Origin: Deltaproteobacteria bacterium
GTDB taxonomy: Bacteria > Desulfobacterota > Deferrisomatia > Deferrisomatales > JACRMM01
DNA: 32,000 bases
Direction of reading: 5' to 3'
Assembly (NCBI GenBank): GCA_016214985.1
Contig: JACRMM010000035.1
Coordinates: forward strand, 94,052-126,051
The notes beneath the pieces were generated by a model. The model saw nothing but the letters and a program-made list of their open reading frames with translations. It was not told the origin of the DNA and searched no databases. How positions within the stretch are numbered: the stretch's first letter is position 1; each line of letters starts with the position of its first letter. The position numbers and the translations under genes were made by a program. Below, piece after piece: positions 1 to 9,665 of this stretch.

Positions 1-132
1 GGTCAGGCACCGCTGCAGATCCACCACTCCGATCTTGCCGCCCTGGGCCGCCGCCGCACCCTGGGCGGCCAGCACCAGGACGAGCCCGAGGCCCAGCGCC
101 CACTGCCGTCGACTCCGTCTCTCGCTCCTCAT
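1..132 (-). CDS. skp: OmpH/Skp-family periplasmic chaperone, first 44 codons only (gene runs off the left edge)
   Basis: Minus-strand ATG at 132, 13 nt after the bamA stop and preceded by AAGGAA. Translation is MRSERRSRRQWALGLGLVLVLAAQGAAAAQGGKIGVVDLQRCLT, a signal peptide followed by the KIGVVDLQ-type start typical of OmpH/Skp. Classical bamA-skp synteny. Not in the ORF track because it is open to the window edge. Confidence 0.6.
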   Translation of the reverse strand, partial: MRSERRSRRQWALGLGLVLVLAAQGAAAAQGGKIGVVDLQRCLT

Positions 133-145
133 GCGACGTTTCCTT

Positions 146-2395
146 TCAGAAGAAGCCCCCGATGCTGAACTCCCACCGCGACGGGCTCTCGTCCGGCTTG
201 CGGTCCAGGACGCGGCCCCACTCCAGCCGCAGCGGCCCCATGGGGCTGAACCACCGGATACCCGCGCCCGCGCTGCGGCGAAGGGCCGTGTCGAAGAGCG
301 GCTGGCCCTCGTCCCACGCGTTGCCGGCGTCGAAGAACAGCAGGCCCCGCACCTTCGCCTCTTCGATCAACGGAAAGAGATACTCCAGGTTGACCAGGAC
401 CTGCTTGTCGCCGCCGATCACCGCGCCGGTGGAGTCCAGGGGACCCACGCTGCGCGAGTCGAACCCGCGCAGCGAGTTGATGCCGCCCAAGTAGTAGCGC
501 TCGAAGACGGGTATGCCATCGCTCTTCAAGGCGTCGATGTAGCCCACCTGGCTGTGCACCGTGAGCACGTGGCGCCACCACAGGGGAACGTACCGGGACC
601 CCTCCCACTCGTACTTAACGTACTGGGCGGTCCCGCCCAGTACGCTGCCGGCCAGCTCCACGCTCGCCTCGGCGAGTGTGCCCGTGTGGGGCTCCCAAGG
701 GTTGTCGCGGGTATCGTAGGTCAGGGACAGCAGGACCGCCGACGTGATCGTCTTGCCCTTCTGTTGCTGCAGCACCGAGTTCGCGTCGGCGCTGATATTG
801 GAGACGTCCGCGTCCTCGTACCGGTAGATCCAGCGGGTGCGCCAGTCGTCCCCGAGGGACATGCCGATCTTCAGGTCGCCGCCCACCGCCTTCTTGTCGT
901 AGTCGGTGTAGGAGCGATTGGTCTTGTAGAAGTCGAAGCCGCCGTAAACGTCGGAATCGTAGAGCCGGGGGTTGTTGAAGGTGACGGTGTAGGACTCGGC
1001 CGTGCTCCCGACATTGGCGTTGACGGCGACCTGGTAGCCCAGACCCAGGAAGTTCCGCTGGCTGACGTTGGCCATGCCGACGATCTTGTCCACCGAGGAG
1101 TACCCCGCGCCGATGCTGAACGCGCCGGTCGCCTTCTCCTCGACTTCGACGTCCACGTCCACGAGGTCCGTGCCCGGCCGGCGGTTCGTGGTGAGGTTGA
1201 CCTTCTCGAAGAACCCGAGATTCTCGATCTTCTGGCGGCTCTTGCGGATGGCCGTAGCGCTGTAGATCTGGCCTTCGGCGATCCGCATCTCGCGCCGGAC
1301 GATGCGGTCGCGCGTCTTCGTATTGCCGCGGGTCTCGATGCGTCCGATCCGGACGCGGTCCCCCTTGCGGATGTGGAAGTCCACGTCCACAAGCCGGGCG
1401 CCGCGATCGAGGCGGGTCTGGGGATCCACGTCCACGAACGCGTACCCCACGTCGGCGTAGAGGTCCGAGATACTCTGGATCGCCCGGCGGAAGTCATCGC
1501 TGCGAAAGGTGTCGCCCCCGGTCAGCGCCGCGGCCTTCTCCAACTGCTCTTTGGGGAACTCCAGGTCGCCGGAGAAGACGATCGTCCCCAGCCGGAACGA
1601 CTCTCCCTCCTCCACCGGGAGGTCCACCTTGAGCCACCGGCGGTCTGCGGTCAGCGAGACCCGGGGGTCGAGCACCTTGACCTCGACGTACCCCTGGTTG
1701 AGGTAGTAGGACCGCACCACCTCCCGGTCGCGCTCCAGGTCCGCCTCCTTGAAGGTCCCGGAGCTGGTGAGCCAGGACCACAGGCCGGCCTCGGTGGTGG
1801 CCATCACCCGGCGCAGCTCCTTCTCGTCGGCCTTTCGGACGCCGAGCAGGTTGATGTCCTTGACGCGGACCTTCTCGCCCTCGGTCACCTGGTACACCAC
1901 GTCCACCTGATTCTTGCCATCCTCCAGGGGAACGACCTTCGAGGCCACCTGCGCCAGATAGAACCCCTTCTCCCGGAAAAGATCTTGGATAGCCCGGGCG
2001 CCCTCGTCGACCCTTGCGGGATTTAGGATCTCCCGCTTCTTGAGGGGCACCGCCTTCTCGAGCTCCTCCTTGTCGAGCTCCTTCGCGCCCTCGGCCCGCC
2101 ACTCGCGCAGGGCCGACCGCTCCGCGACCACGAAAGTCAGTCTCCCCTCGTCGTCGTACTCGACGGTGACGTCACGGTAGTACCCGAGGCCGTAGACGGC
2201 CCGGACATCCTCTCGCACCACCTTCGGATCGTAGGGGCTGCCGGCGCGGCTCTTTACGCGCTGGAGCACCACATCGGCCTCGGAGCGCTGCGTGCCCCTC
2301 ACGCGCACCTCGACCACGGTGCTCGGCTCAGCCCCTGCGGCCGCGGAAGCGAGCAGGAGCAGCGCGACACCACACACCCGCGCAAGAGCTCTCAC
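146..2395 (-). CDS. bamA: Outer membrane protein assembly factor BamA (Omp85/D15 family)
   Basis: 749-aa ORF with an N-terminal signal peptide (MRALARVCGVALLLLASAAAGA) and repeated POTRA-like modules. The C-terminal Omp85 barrel ends ...RWEFSIGGFF (terminal aromatic). The GTG start overlaps the lolD stop (GTGA at 2392-2395). Confidence 0.95.
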   Translation of the reverse strand: MRALARVCGVALLLLASAAAGAEPSTVVEVRVRGTQRSEADVVLQRVKSRAGSPYDPKVVREDVRAVYGLGYYRDVTVEYDDEGRLTFVVAERSALREWRAEGAKELDKEELEKAVPLKKREILNPARVDEGARAIQDLFREKGFYLAQVASKVVPLEDGKNQVDVVYQVTEGEKVRVKDINLLGVRKADEKELRRVMATTEAGLWSWLTSSGTFKEADLERDREVVRSYYLNQGYVEVKVLDPRVSLTADRRWLKVDLPVEEGESFRLGTIVFSGDLEFPKEQLEKAAALTGGDTFRSDDFRRAIQSISDLYADVGYAFVDVDPQTRLDRGARLVDVDFHIRKGDRVRIGRIETRGNTKTRDRIVRREMRIAEGQIYSATAIRKSRQKIENLGFFEKVNLTTNRRPGTDLVDVDVEVEEKATGAFSIGAGYSSVDKIVGMANVSQRNFLGLGYQVAVNANVGSTAESYTVTFNNPRLYDSDVYGGFDFYKTNRSYTDYDKKAVGGDLKIGMSLGDDWRTRWIYRYEDADVSNISADANSVLQQQKGKTITSAVLLSLTYDTRDNPWEPHTGTLAEASVELAGSVLGGTAQYVKYEWEGSRYVPLWWRHVLTVHSQVGYIDALKSDGIPVFERYYLGGINSLRGFDSRSVGPLDSTGAVIGGDKQVLVNLEYLFPLIEEAKVRGLLFFDAGNAWDEGQPLFDTALRRSAGAGIRWFSPMGPLRLEWGRVLDRKPDESPSRWEFSIGGFF

Positions 2396-3093
2396 GACCG
2401 TGCTCCGGCCTCGCCCTCGGCGAGCACGTGGCCGTCCGAGAGCGTCACGATGCGGTCCATGGCCTCCGCCAGCTCCCGATTGTGGGTCACCACCACGAGC
2501 GTCACCTCCGAGCGTCGATTCCAGTCGCGAAGCAGCCGGTGGATGGCATCCCCGGTCTGGTGGTCCAGGTTGCCCGTGGGCTCATCGGCGAGCAGCAGCG
2601 CCGGCCTCGCGGCCAGCGCCCGCGCCAGGGCAACCCTCTGCTGCTCCCCGCCCGAGAGCTCTCCGGGCCGGTGTTCGACCCGTTCGGCCAGTCCCACGGC
2701 CTCCAAGAGCTCGTCGGCGCGGGCCGCGGCCTCTCCGGCGCCCTCCCCCGCGATCCGCAGGGGCATGGCCACGTTCTCCCGCGCCGTGAACTCGGGCAGG
2801 AGATGGTGGAACTGAAATACGAAGCCCACGTGGCGGTTTCGAAACTGCGCGAGCGCCGGTTCGGGCCGGCCGAAGATCTCCTCGCCCTGGAACAGCACTC
2901 GCCCCTCGGTCGGCCGGTCGAGGGCCCCCAGAATGTGGAGCAGCGTCGACTTACCGGCGCCGGACGGGCCGACCACGGCGACGCACTCCCCACGGCGTAC
3001 CGAGAGGTCGATGCCCTTGAGCACCTCGAGGCGCCCGCGCCCCTGGGGAAAGGACTTGTGTAGTCCCACCGCCTCGAGGATCACCTCGCTCAC
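2392..3093 (-). CDS. lolD: Lipoprotein-releasing ABC transporter ATP-binding protein LolD
   Basis: 233 aa. Walker A GPSGAGKST, ABC signature LSGGEQQRVALARAL and Walker B LLLADEPTGNLD are present. The N-terminus has the LolD/MacB-type pattern (LEAVGLHKSF...VLKGIDLSV). The neighbourhood contains a LolC/E permease. The GTG start overlaps the upstream stop (GTGA at 3090-3093). Confidence 0.85.
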   Translation of the reverse strand: MSEVILEAVGLHKSFPQGRGRLEVLKGIDLSVRRGECVAVVGPSGAGKSTLLHILGALDRPTEGRVLFQGEEIFGRPEPALAQFRNRHVGFVFQFHHLLPEFTARENVAMPLRIAGEGAGEAAARADELLEAVGLAERVEHRPGELSGGEQQRVALARALAARPALLLADEPTGNLDHQTGDAIHRLLRDWNRRSEVTLVVVTHNRELAEAMDRIVTLSDGHVLAEGEAGARS

Positions 3094-4256
3094 GCCCCCC
3101 TCCCCAGCACCTTGGCGACCGTATCCTCCGCGCGCTCTCGGAGGAGGAGCTCCAACGCCTCCCGCAGCGAGGGGTGAGCCTCGAGGAACGGGTCGAGCGC
3201 GGAGCCCTCGGCCCGAAGCACCTCACCCGCCTCCAGGGCGGTCACGGTCGCGGTGCGCGGCGCTCGGGCGACGAGCGACACCTCGCCGAACACCTGACCC
3301 GGCCCGAGCTCGGCGAGCCGCAGTGGGCCCCCGTTCGCAGGCGAGACCGTCGTGACGCTCAAGCGGCCTCGTTTGACCAGGTACAGCGCCCGATCCGTGT
3401 CTCCTTCCCGGAGCACCGTCTCCCCGGCTGCGATCCGCACCAGCTCGAAGAGGTCCGCGATGCGCTTGCGCTCCGTTTCCGGGAGGCTGCCGAAGAGCGG
3501 AGAGCCCGCCAGGACGCCGTCGAGGATCCGGCGGCGGTAGAAGACGCCCAGGGCGTTCGAGACGCCGGGGTACCGCGCCATCAGCGGCTCGAGGTCCTCG
3601 CGCCGCATCTCCAGGAGCTCGGCGGGCGCCACCGCCGACACGTCGGCGTTTCGGGGCTCGTGGCTGAAGAAGGCGGCCTCACCGAAGAACTCCCCCTCTC
3701 CCAGCTCTGCGAGCACACGGCCCTCCCTCGACACCCGCACCGATCCAGACGACACCACGAAGATCGAGTCGCCCGGCTCACCCTGCCGGAAGAGCGTTTC
3801 CCCCATGGCCAGCGAGCGCGGAACCAAGTGGTCGAGCACCTGGCGAAACGACTCGGGATCGAGGTCGGAGAAGAGCGGGATGGCGGGCAGCCCCTTGCGC
3901 ACCTCCGCGGTGCCTTGGGCCGGAATGCCGCGCTGGGCATAGAGGTCGGCGAGCTTGTGCCCCACGTCCCCAGCCGACGGGTCCAGCCGGAGCAGGATCT
4001 TGTGGATCGCGATCGCCTGGACCAGAAAACCGGACCCCGCATACAGCTCGGCCACCTTCCGGTACGCGTCCACCGCCCGGGACTTTTGCCCCACCCGAGC
4101 CCGTAGATCCGCAACCCGGCGGAGGAGCTGGACGTTCTCGGCGTCCTTGACCAGGACCTTCTCGTAGGACGCCAGCGCCTGGGGCCACTGCCCCTTGAGG
4201 AACAGCTCTTCTCCCGCCGCCCGATCGTCCTTCTTCGCCTTATGGAAGAAGAGCAT
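3090..4256 (-). CDS. TPR-repeat protein with two tandem cyclic-nucleotide-binding (CAP effector-type) domains
   Basis: The N-terminal half has TPR-like helices (WPQALASYEKVL..., AVDAYRKVAELYAGSGF...). Two cNMP-binding beta-barrels follow, with phosphate-binding cassettes FGEAAFFSHEPRNADVSA and FGEVSLVARAPRTATVTA. There is no HTH or enzymatic output domain. I chose the ATG at 4256 because it is preceded by GAGGAGG. The alternative is a GTG at 4292 overlapping the lolC/E stop (GTGA). Confidence 0.8.
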   Translation of the reverse strand: MLFFHKAKKDDRAAGEELFLKGQWPQALASYEKVLVKDAENVQLLRRVADLRARVGQKSRAVDAYRKVAELYAGSGFLVQAIAIHKILLRLDPSAGDVGHKLADLYAQRGIPAQGTAEVRKGLPAIPLFSDLDPESFRQVLDHLVPRSLAMGETLFRQGEPGDSIFVVSSGSVRVSREGRVLAELGEGEFFGEAAFFSHEPRNADVSAVAPAELLEMRREDLEPLMARYPGVSNALGVFYRRRILDGVLAGSPLFGSLPETERKRIADLFELVRIAAGETVLREGDTDRALYLVKRGRLSVTTVSPANGGPLRLAELGPGQVFGEVSLVARAPRTATVTALEAGEVLRAEGSALDPFLEAHPSLREALELLLRERAEDTVAKVLGRGA

Positions 4257-4288
4257 CCGCCCTCCTCGCCGTTCGGGCCCGTCGTACC

Positions 4289-5512
4289 TCACTCATAGCG
4301 CAGCGCCTCCACCGGGTCGAGCCGTGAGGCCTGCCAGGAGGGGTAGAGCGTCGCCACCAGGCACAGGATCACGGCGCACACGGCGACAAGCCCGAAGATC
4401 TCCGGCTTCATCACGACCGGCAGCGTGTCAATGTAGTAGACGTCCTTCGGCAGCTCGATGAACTTGTACCGGTGCAGCAGAAAGCACAGGAGCCAGCCCC
4501 CGAGGAGCCCGAGCGCCGTGCCGAGCCCCCCAATCACGAGGCCCTCCATCACGAAGATCCGCCGCACCGAGCGGTTGGTTGCTCCCATCGACTTGAGGAT
4601 CGCAATCTCCCGCGACTTCTCCAAGACCACCATGATCAACGTGGAGGTGATGTTGAACGCGGCCACGAGCACGATAAGCGCCAGGATGACGAACATCGCC
4701 ACCTTCTCCAGCTTGAGCGCACTGAAGAGGTTTCGGTTCATGTCCATCCAGTCGCGCACGTAGTAGCCCGGGCCGAGGCGCGCCTCGATCGATCGGGCGA
4801 TCTGGCGGGCCTGGTAGATGTCGGCCACCCTCACCTCGACCCCGCCGGCCGCCGTGCCGAGGCGCAGAAAATCCTGGGCCTCCCGCAGGGTCACGAAGGC
4901 GAACGTCGTGTCGAACTCGTACATCCCCGTGGCGAAGATCCCCGCCACGCGGAAGGTCCGCAGCCGCGGGATCACACCGATGGGGGTGGCGCTGCCCGCC
5001 GGGCTCACCACCTGGACCTTGTCTCCGACCAGGAGACCCAAGTTGCGCGCCATCTCGCGCCCCACGAGCACTCCGGGGGTGTCGCCCTCGAGATCGGACA
5101 GGCGCCCCCGCACGAGGAAACGGTCGACATCGATCACGCGGCCCGCGCTGCTCGCGTCGAGGCCGCGCAGAAGCGCGCCGACCACGTTGCCCCCGGCCAT
5201 GACCATCACCTGGCTCACCGCGAAGGGCGTGGCGCCGGTCACCCCCTCGACCCTCTCCACCTCCCGGGCGACCCGCTCCGGGTCCTTGAGCATTCCTCCC
5301 AGCGGAAGCACCACGGCGTGCGCGTTCGCGCCGAGGATCTTGTCGCGTAGATCCTCCTCAAATCCGGTCATGACCGAGAGCACCACGATCAGGGCCGTCA
5401 CGCCCAGCGCCACTCCGGCCACGCTGATCCAGGTGATCAGCGAAATGAAGAGCTCTCGGCGCCGCGCCTTCAGGTAGCGCACGGCGATCCAGAGCTCGTA
5501 GGGGGCCCCCAT
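4289..5512 (-). CDS. lolC: Lipoprotein-releasing system transmembrane permease, LolC/LolE family (only one permease gene present)
   Basis: 407 aa with MacB/FtsX-type topology: N-terminal TM (LFISLITWISVAGVALGVTALIVVLSV), a large periplasmic domain and a C-terminal FtsX-like 3-TM bundle. It ends ...SRLDPVEALRYE, typical of LolC/E. The start lies 6 nt after the lysS stop. Confidence 0.9.
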   Translation of the reverse strand: MGAPYELWIAVRYLKARRRELFISLITWISVAGVALGVTALIVVLSVMTGFEEDLRDKILGANAHAVVLPLGGMLKDPERVAREVERVEGVTGATPFAVSQVMVMAGGNVVGALLRGLDASSAGRVIDVDRFLVRGRLSDLEGDTPGVLVGREMARNLGLLVGDKVQVVSPAGSATPIGVIPRLRTFRVAGIFATGMYEFDTTFAFVTLREAQDFLRLGTAAGGVEVRVADIYQARQIARSIEARLGPGYYVRDWMDMNRNLFSALKLEKVAMFVILALIVLVAAFNITSTLIMVVLEKSREIAILKSMGATNRSVRRIFVMEGLVIGGLGTALGLLGGWLLCFLLHRYKFIELPKDVYYIDTLPVVMKPEIFGLVAVCAVILCLVATLYPSWQASRLDPVEALRYE

Positions 5513-5518
5513 CGCCCC

Positions 5519-7003
5519 TCAGACCTCCGGTCGCATGTGGGGGAAGAAGATCACGTCGCGGATCGAAGGGCTGTCGGTGAAGAGCATGACCATACGATCG
5601 ATCCCGATCCCCTCCCCCGCGGTCGGCGGCATGCCGTATTCGAGGGCCCGAACGTAGTCGTCGTCCACCGACTGAGCCTCCTCGTCACCGGCAGCCTTCT
5701 GGGCAGCCTGCGCCTGGAATCGCTCGCTCTGGTCGACCGGATCGTTGAGCTCACTGAAGGCGTTGGCGAGCTCGCCGCCGCCGATGTAGAGCTCGAAACG
5801 GTCCACGTAGCAGGGATCCGCCTCGCTTCGGCGCGACAGGGGCGACACTTCCACCGGGTACTCGGTGATGAACACCGGTTGGATCAGGTGGGGCTCGGCC
5901 ACGGCCTCGAACACCTCGACGAGAAGCTTCCCGTAGGGCAGGCCGTCGACCTCCAGGCCCAGGCTGCGCGCCCGCGAGAGGAGAGCAGCGGGATCCTGGA
6001 CCTCATCGGCGGAGAGACCCCCGTGCCGCTGGACCGCCTCGCGCACGGTGAGCCTTTCCCAGGGCGGGGTCAGGTCGATCTCGCGGCCGTCGTGGGTGAG
6101 CCGAAGCGAGCCCAGGAGATTCTCGGCCACGTGGACGAAGAGCTTCTCGGTCAGGTCCATCAGGTCGCGGTACGTGGCATAGGCCTGGTAGAACTCGAGC
6201 ATGGTGAATTCGGGGTTGTGCCGGCCCGAGAGCCCCTCGTTTCGAAAGTTCCGGTTGATCTCGAAGACCCGCTCGAACCCTCCGACCACCAGGCGCTTGA
6301 GGTAGAGCTCGGGGGCGATTCGCAGGTACAGCGTCATGTCGAGCGCGTTGTGGTGGGTGACGAAGGGACGCGCCGAAGCCCCGCCGGGGATCGGCTGCAT
6401 CATCGGCGTCTCCACCTCCAGAAAGTCCCGCCCGAGGAAGAACTCGCGGACCAGTTGGACGACCCGGGCGCGCCGGCGGAAGGTGTCTCGGACCTCGGGG
6501 TTGACGATCAGGTCCACGTAGCGCTGTCGGTAGCGGGTCTCCTTGTCGGTGAGGCCGTGCCACTTCTCGGGCAGGGCCCTCAGGCTCTTGGCGAGCAAAC
6601 GGACCTCCTTCGCCTCGAGCGTGAGCTCGTCGGTGCGCGTGCGAAAGAGGGGCCCGACGACCCCCAGGAAATCCCCCACGTCCACCTGCTGGAACATCGC
6701 AAAGGGCTTGTCGCCGACGATCTCCCTCTTTACGTACACTTGGAGCAGGCCGCCACGGTCCTGGAGCTTGAGGAACGCTGCCTTTCCGAAGCTGCGAAGC
6801 GCCACGACCCGGCCCGCCAGGGCGAACTCCTCACCCAGCAATGCGATAGACTCGGCGTCCGTACCGCCGTGCTCTGAGACGATCTCCTGGGTCGTGTGCG
6901 TGGGAGCGAAGTCGTTGGGATAGGGGTTGACCCCCAGGGCCCGAAGGGCCCCCACCTTCTCCAGCCGCTGCTGGGTCAGGGGGTTGACCTTGCGTTCCTC
7001 CAT
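5519..7003 (-). CDS. lysS: Lysine--tRNA ligase, class II
   Basis: The real start is the internal ATG at 7003 (MEERKVNPLTQQRLEKV...), giving 494 aa. An OB-fold anticodon-binding region is followed by class II motifs (FLEVETPMMQ, YLRIAPELYLKRL, FRNEGLSGRHNPEFTMLEFY, GIGIDRMVM). The 250-codon upstream extension in the ORF track is Arg/Gly/Pro-rich junk that overlaps ymdB. Confidence 0.95.
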   Translation of the reverse strand: MEERKVNPLTQQRLEKVGALRALGVNPYPNDFAPTHTTQEIVSEHGGTDAESIALLGEEFALAGRVVALRSFGKAAFLKLQDRGGLLQVYVKREIVGDKPFAMFQQVDVGDFLGVVGPLFRTRTDELTLEAKEVRLLAKSLRALPEKWHGLTDKETRYRQRYVDLIVNPEVRDTFRRRARVVQLVREFFLGRDFLEVETPMMQPIPGGASARPFVTHHNALDMTLYLRIAPELYLKRLVVGGFERVFEINRNFRNEGLSGRHNPEFTMLEFYQAYATYRDLMDLTEKLFVHVAENLLGSLRLTHDGREIDLTPPWERLTVREAVQRHGGLSADEVQDPAALLSRARSLGLEVDGLPYGKLLVEVFEAVAEPHLIQPVFITEYPVEVSPLSRRSEADPCYVDRFELYIGGGELANAFSELNDPVDQSERFQAQAAQKAAGDEEAQSVDDDYVRALEYGMPPTAGEGIGIDRMVMLFTDSPSIRDVIFFPHMRPEV

Positions 7004-7182
7004 GAAGGGATCCTCGGAGAAGAGACGGTGGAGGGGCCGGCCGGCCCCGCAAAACGTGGATGATATCGACTTTCGGGGACCGTCGCCACGAAATTGGAAG
7101 GTCGGATTCGCCCTCCGGACTCCCGCACCGTGGCGGCCGGTCGACCCGCGGGACGGCGTCTGGCAGTCGGTGGCGCGCGGCG

Positions 7183-7968
7183 TCAGGAGCCGGGTTCCTC
7201 GACCCTCCGGATCCCGACACAGCGGCCCGCGGCGTCGGCCTCGACCACGGCGCCGCACAGGGTCGCGACCCCCTTGGCCACTCCCAGGGACCGGGGCATC
7301 TGCGTCAGGAACCGCTGGATTGCGCTCTCGGGCGGCACGCCGATCACCGACTCGGCCACGCCAGTCATCCCCACGTCGGTCAGGTACCCGGTGCCGCCCG
7401 GCAGAATGCGGGCGTCGGCGGTCGCCACATGGGTGTGCGTGCCGACCACGGCCGTGACGCGGCCGTCGAGGTAGAGGCCCAACGCCCGCTTCTCGCTCGT
7501 GGCCTCGGCGTGAAAGTCCACGAGGATCGTGCGCGTGAAGGCGCCGAGCTCCGCGAGCGCCTGGTCCGCGGTCCGAAAGGGGCAGTCCAGCGGGTCCATG
7601 AAGACGCGGCCCGAGAGGTTGAGCACGCCGACCGGACCCTTCGGCGTCTCGGCGACACACCATCCGCGTCCCGGGTTGACCGGCGGGTAGTTGGCGGGCC
7701 GAAGGAGCCTCGGGAAGTCCACCATCCGCCCGAGGATCTCCTTCTTGTCCCACACGTGGTTCCCGGTGGTGATCACCTGGACCCCGGCCCGGTGGAGGTC
7801 CCGCGCGGTCTCCGCCGTGATCCCGAGCCCTCCCGCGACGTTCTCGCCGTTGGCGACCACCAGGTCGGCCCGTTCCCGGACCGCGAGGGAGGGCAGCAGC
7901 CGTTCCACGGCGCGCAGCCCGGGCGCACCCACGACGTCGCCGAGGAAGAGGATCGAGAGCACCGCCAC
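7183..7968 (-). CDS. ymdB: YmdB-family metallophosphoesterase (2',3'-cyclic-nucleotide 2'-phosphodiesterase-like)
   Basis: 261 aa. Calcineurin-like motifs are present: ILFLGDVVG, VANGENVAGG and TTGNHVWDKKE. The conserved rny-ymdB gene pair is seen here. The GTG start overlaps the rny TAG by 1 nt (TAGTG). Confidence 0.8.
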   Translation of the reverse strand: MAVLSILFLGDVVGAPGLRAVERLLPSLAVRERADLVVANGENVAGGLGITAETARDLHRAGVQVITTGNHVWDKKEILGRMVDFPRLLRPANYPPVNPGRGWCVAETPKGPVGVLNLSGRVFMDPLDCPFRTADQALAELGAFTRTILVDFHAEATSEKRALGLYLDGRVTAVVGTHTHVATADARILPGGTGYLTDVGMTGVAESVIGVPPESAIQRFLTQMPRSLGVAKGVATLCGAVVEADAAGRCVGIRRVEEPGS

Positions 7969-9533
7969 TACTTCGCGTACTCCACCGCCCGCGTCTCTCG
8001 GATCACGGTCACGCGGATCTGGCCCGGATAGGACAGCTCCTTCTCGACCTTGCGCGCGATGTCCTTGGAGAGGAGCACCGCGGTGTCGTCCGAGACGCGG
8101 TCGTTGTTGACGATGATCCGGATCTCGCGCCCCGCCTGGATCGCGTAGCTCTTGGCGACGCCGTCAAAGGAGTTGGCGATCCGCTCCAGGTCCTCCAGGC
8201 GCTTGACGTAGGTCTCCAGCATCTCGCGTCGCGCACCCGGCCGCGCCGCCGAGAGGGCGTCGGCCGACTGGACGAGCACGGCGAGGATCGTCTCGGCCTT
8301 CACGTCGTCGTGGTGCGCCGCGATGGCGTGAACGATCTCCTTGGGCTCCCCGAACTTCCGCGCCAGATCCGCGCCGATCGTGGCGTGGGACCCCTCGACC
8401 TCGTGGTCCACGGCCTTGCCGATGTCGTGCAGCAGCCCGGCCCTCTTCGCCTGTTTGACGTTCAGTCCGAGCTCGGCCGCCATGATCCCGCAGAGGAACG
8501 AAACCTCCAGGGAGTGGTTGAGGACGTTTTGCGCGAAGGACGATCGGTACTTGAGCCGCCCCAAGATCTTCACGATCTCCGCGTGGATGCCGTGCACGCC
8601 CACGTCGAAGGTCGCCTGCTCGCCGGCGTCCTTGATCTCCTGCTCGATCTCCTTGGCGACCTTGGCGACGACCTCCTCGATCCGGGCCGGGTGGATGCGG
8701 CCGTCGGCGATGAGGCGCTCCAGCGAGATCCGAGCCACCTCGCGGCGCACGGGATTGTAGCCGGACAGGAGCACCGTCTCCGGCGTGTCGTCGACGATCA
8801 GATCGATGCCCGTGGCAGCCTCGATCGCCCGGATGTTTCGCCCCTCGCGACCGATGATCCGTCCCTTCATCTCCTCGCTCGGCAACTGCACCGAGGTCAC
8901 CGTCTTCTCGGCGGTGTACTCCCCGGCGTACCGCTGGATGGCAAGGCTGATGATCTCCTTCGCCTTCTTGTCGGCGACCTTCTTCGCCTCCTCTTCGATG
9001 TCCCGAATGCTCTTGGCCGCCTCGTGTCGGGCCTCGCTCAGCAGCCCTTCCTTGAGCTCGTCCTTCGCCTCCTCCGCACTCATGCCGGAGACCCGTTCGA
9101 GGTGGTGGGTCACTTCCTCCGCCCGCGCCTCGACCTCTTCCCGGCGACGCTCGACCTCCCCATCGCGCTTCTGAAACTGCTCTTCACGGTCCGAGAGGCG
9201 CGTTTCGCGGTTTTCGATGTTCTCTTCTTTCTTGTCTAGGTTCAGCTCCCTCTGCTGAAGACGTTTCTCAGCCGCGGCGGCCTCCCCCTTGCGTTCCTCC
9301 AGCTCCTTCTCGACGCGGGCTTTGTCCTCGAAGATCTCCTCCTTGGCGCGCAGGACGGCTTCTTTCTTGAGGATCTCCGCCTCTTTGCGCGCCTCTTCCA
9401 GCAGGGCCTCGGCCTCGCCCCGCAGGCCTCTTCCCTCCCGCTCCCCCTGCTTCCGGGCGACCATGACCCCGACCGCGACACCGAGACCGGCCGCGATGAA
9501 GACTCCAACAATCAGCACAGCGATCCAATCCAA
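7968..9533 (-). CDS. rny: Ribonuclease Y
   Basis: N-terminal TM helix ([23 protein letters not shown]) and a long E/K/R coiled coil. A KH domain ([19 protein letters not shown]) and an HD domain ([12 protein letters not shown]...AAHH) follow. No ATG precedes the TM helix. The best start is the TTG at 9533, preceded by GAGGAG at 6-nt spacing, giving 521 aa. The longer 609-aa ORF would run across the 6S-like RNA region. Confidence 0.9.
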   Translation of the reverse strand: MDWIAVLIVGVFIAAGLGVAVGVMVARKQGEREGRGLRGEAEALLEEARKEAEILKKEAVLRAKEEIFEDKARVEKELEERKGEAAAAEKRLQQRELNLDKKEENIENRETRLSDREEQFQKRDGEVERRREEVEARAEEVTHHLERVSGMSAEEAKDELKEGLLSEARHEAAKSIRDIEEEAKKVADKKAKEIISLAIQRYAGEYTAEKTVTSVQLPSEEMKGRIIGREGRNIRAIEAATGIDLIVDDTPETVLLSGYNPVRREVARISLERLIADGRIHPARIEEVVAKVAKEIEQEIKDAGEQATFDVGVHGIHAEIVKILGRLKYRSSFAQNVLNHSLEVSFLCGIMAAELGLNVKQAKRAGLLHDIGKAVDHEVEGSHATIGADLARKFGEPKEIVHAIAAHHDDVKAETILAVLVQSADALSAARPGARREMLETYVKRLEDLERIANSFDGVAKSYAIQAGREIRIIVNNDRVSDDTAVLLSKDIARKVEKELSYPGQIRVTVIRETRAVEYAK

Positions 9534-9665
9534 GGGATTCTCCTCTTCTCGTGAAGGGCCCGCGGAGGGCCCGTATGCGGGGTGGGGCGACGGGGAAAGG
9601 AGCACCGCGAGCGCGGCCCGCCGACGGGAGCGACGAAGGAGAGGAGGGATGAGGGAAACGGCGAC

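Noticed and set aside
35-2026. 663-aa plus-strand ORF opposite bamA, plus nested ORFs 129-608, 871-1497 and 1494-2102
   Set aside because: The composition is Arg/Ala/Pro/Gly/Val-rich with no recognisable motifs. It lies exactly antisense or out of frame to a gene with unambiguous BamA features. This is a typical shadow ORF of GC-rich DNA.
7004-7753. N-terminal extension of the lysS ORF (744 aa in the track). The same applies to the extensions of rny (9534-9797), polA (13622-14029), hemB (15122-15208), fixC (16926-17429), hemY (18359-18397) and UGPase (26244-27059)
   Set aside because: The extensions are low-complexity and overlap neighbouring real genes or the 6S-like RNA. In each case they precede an internal start with an SD sequence and family-typical N-terminus.
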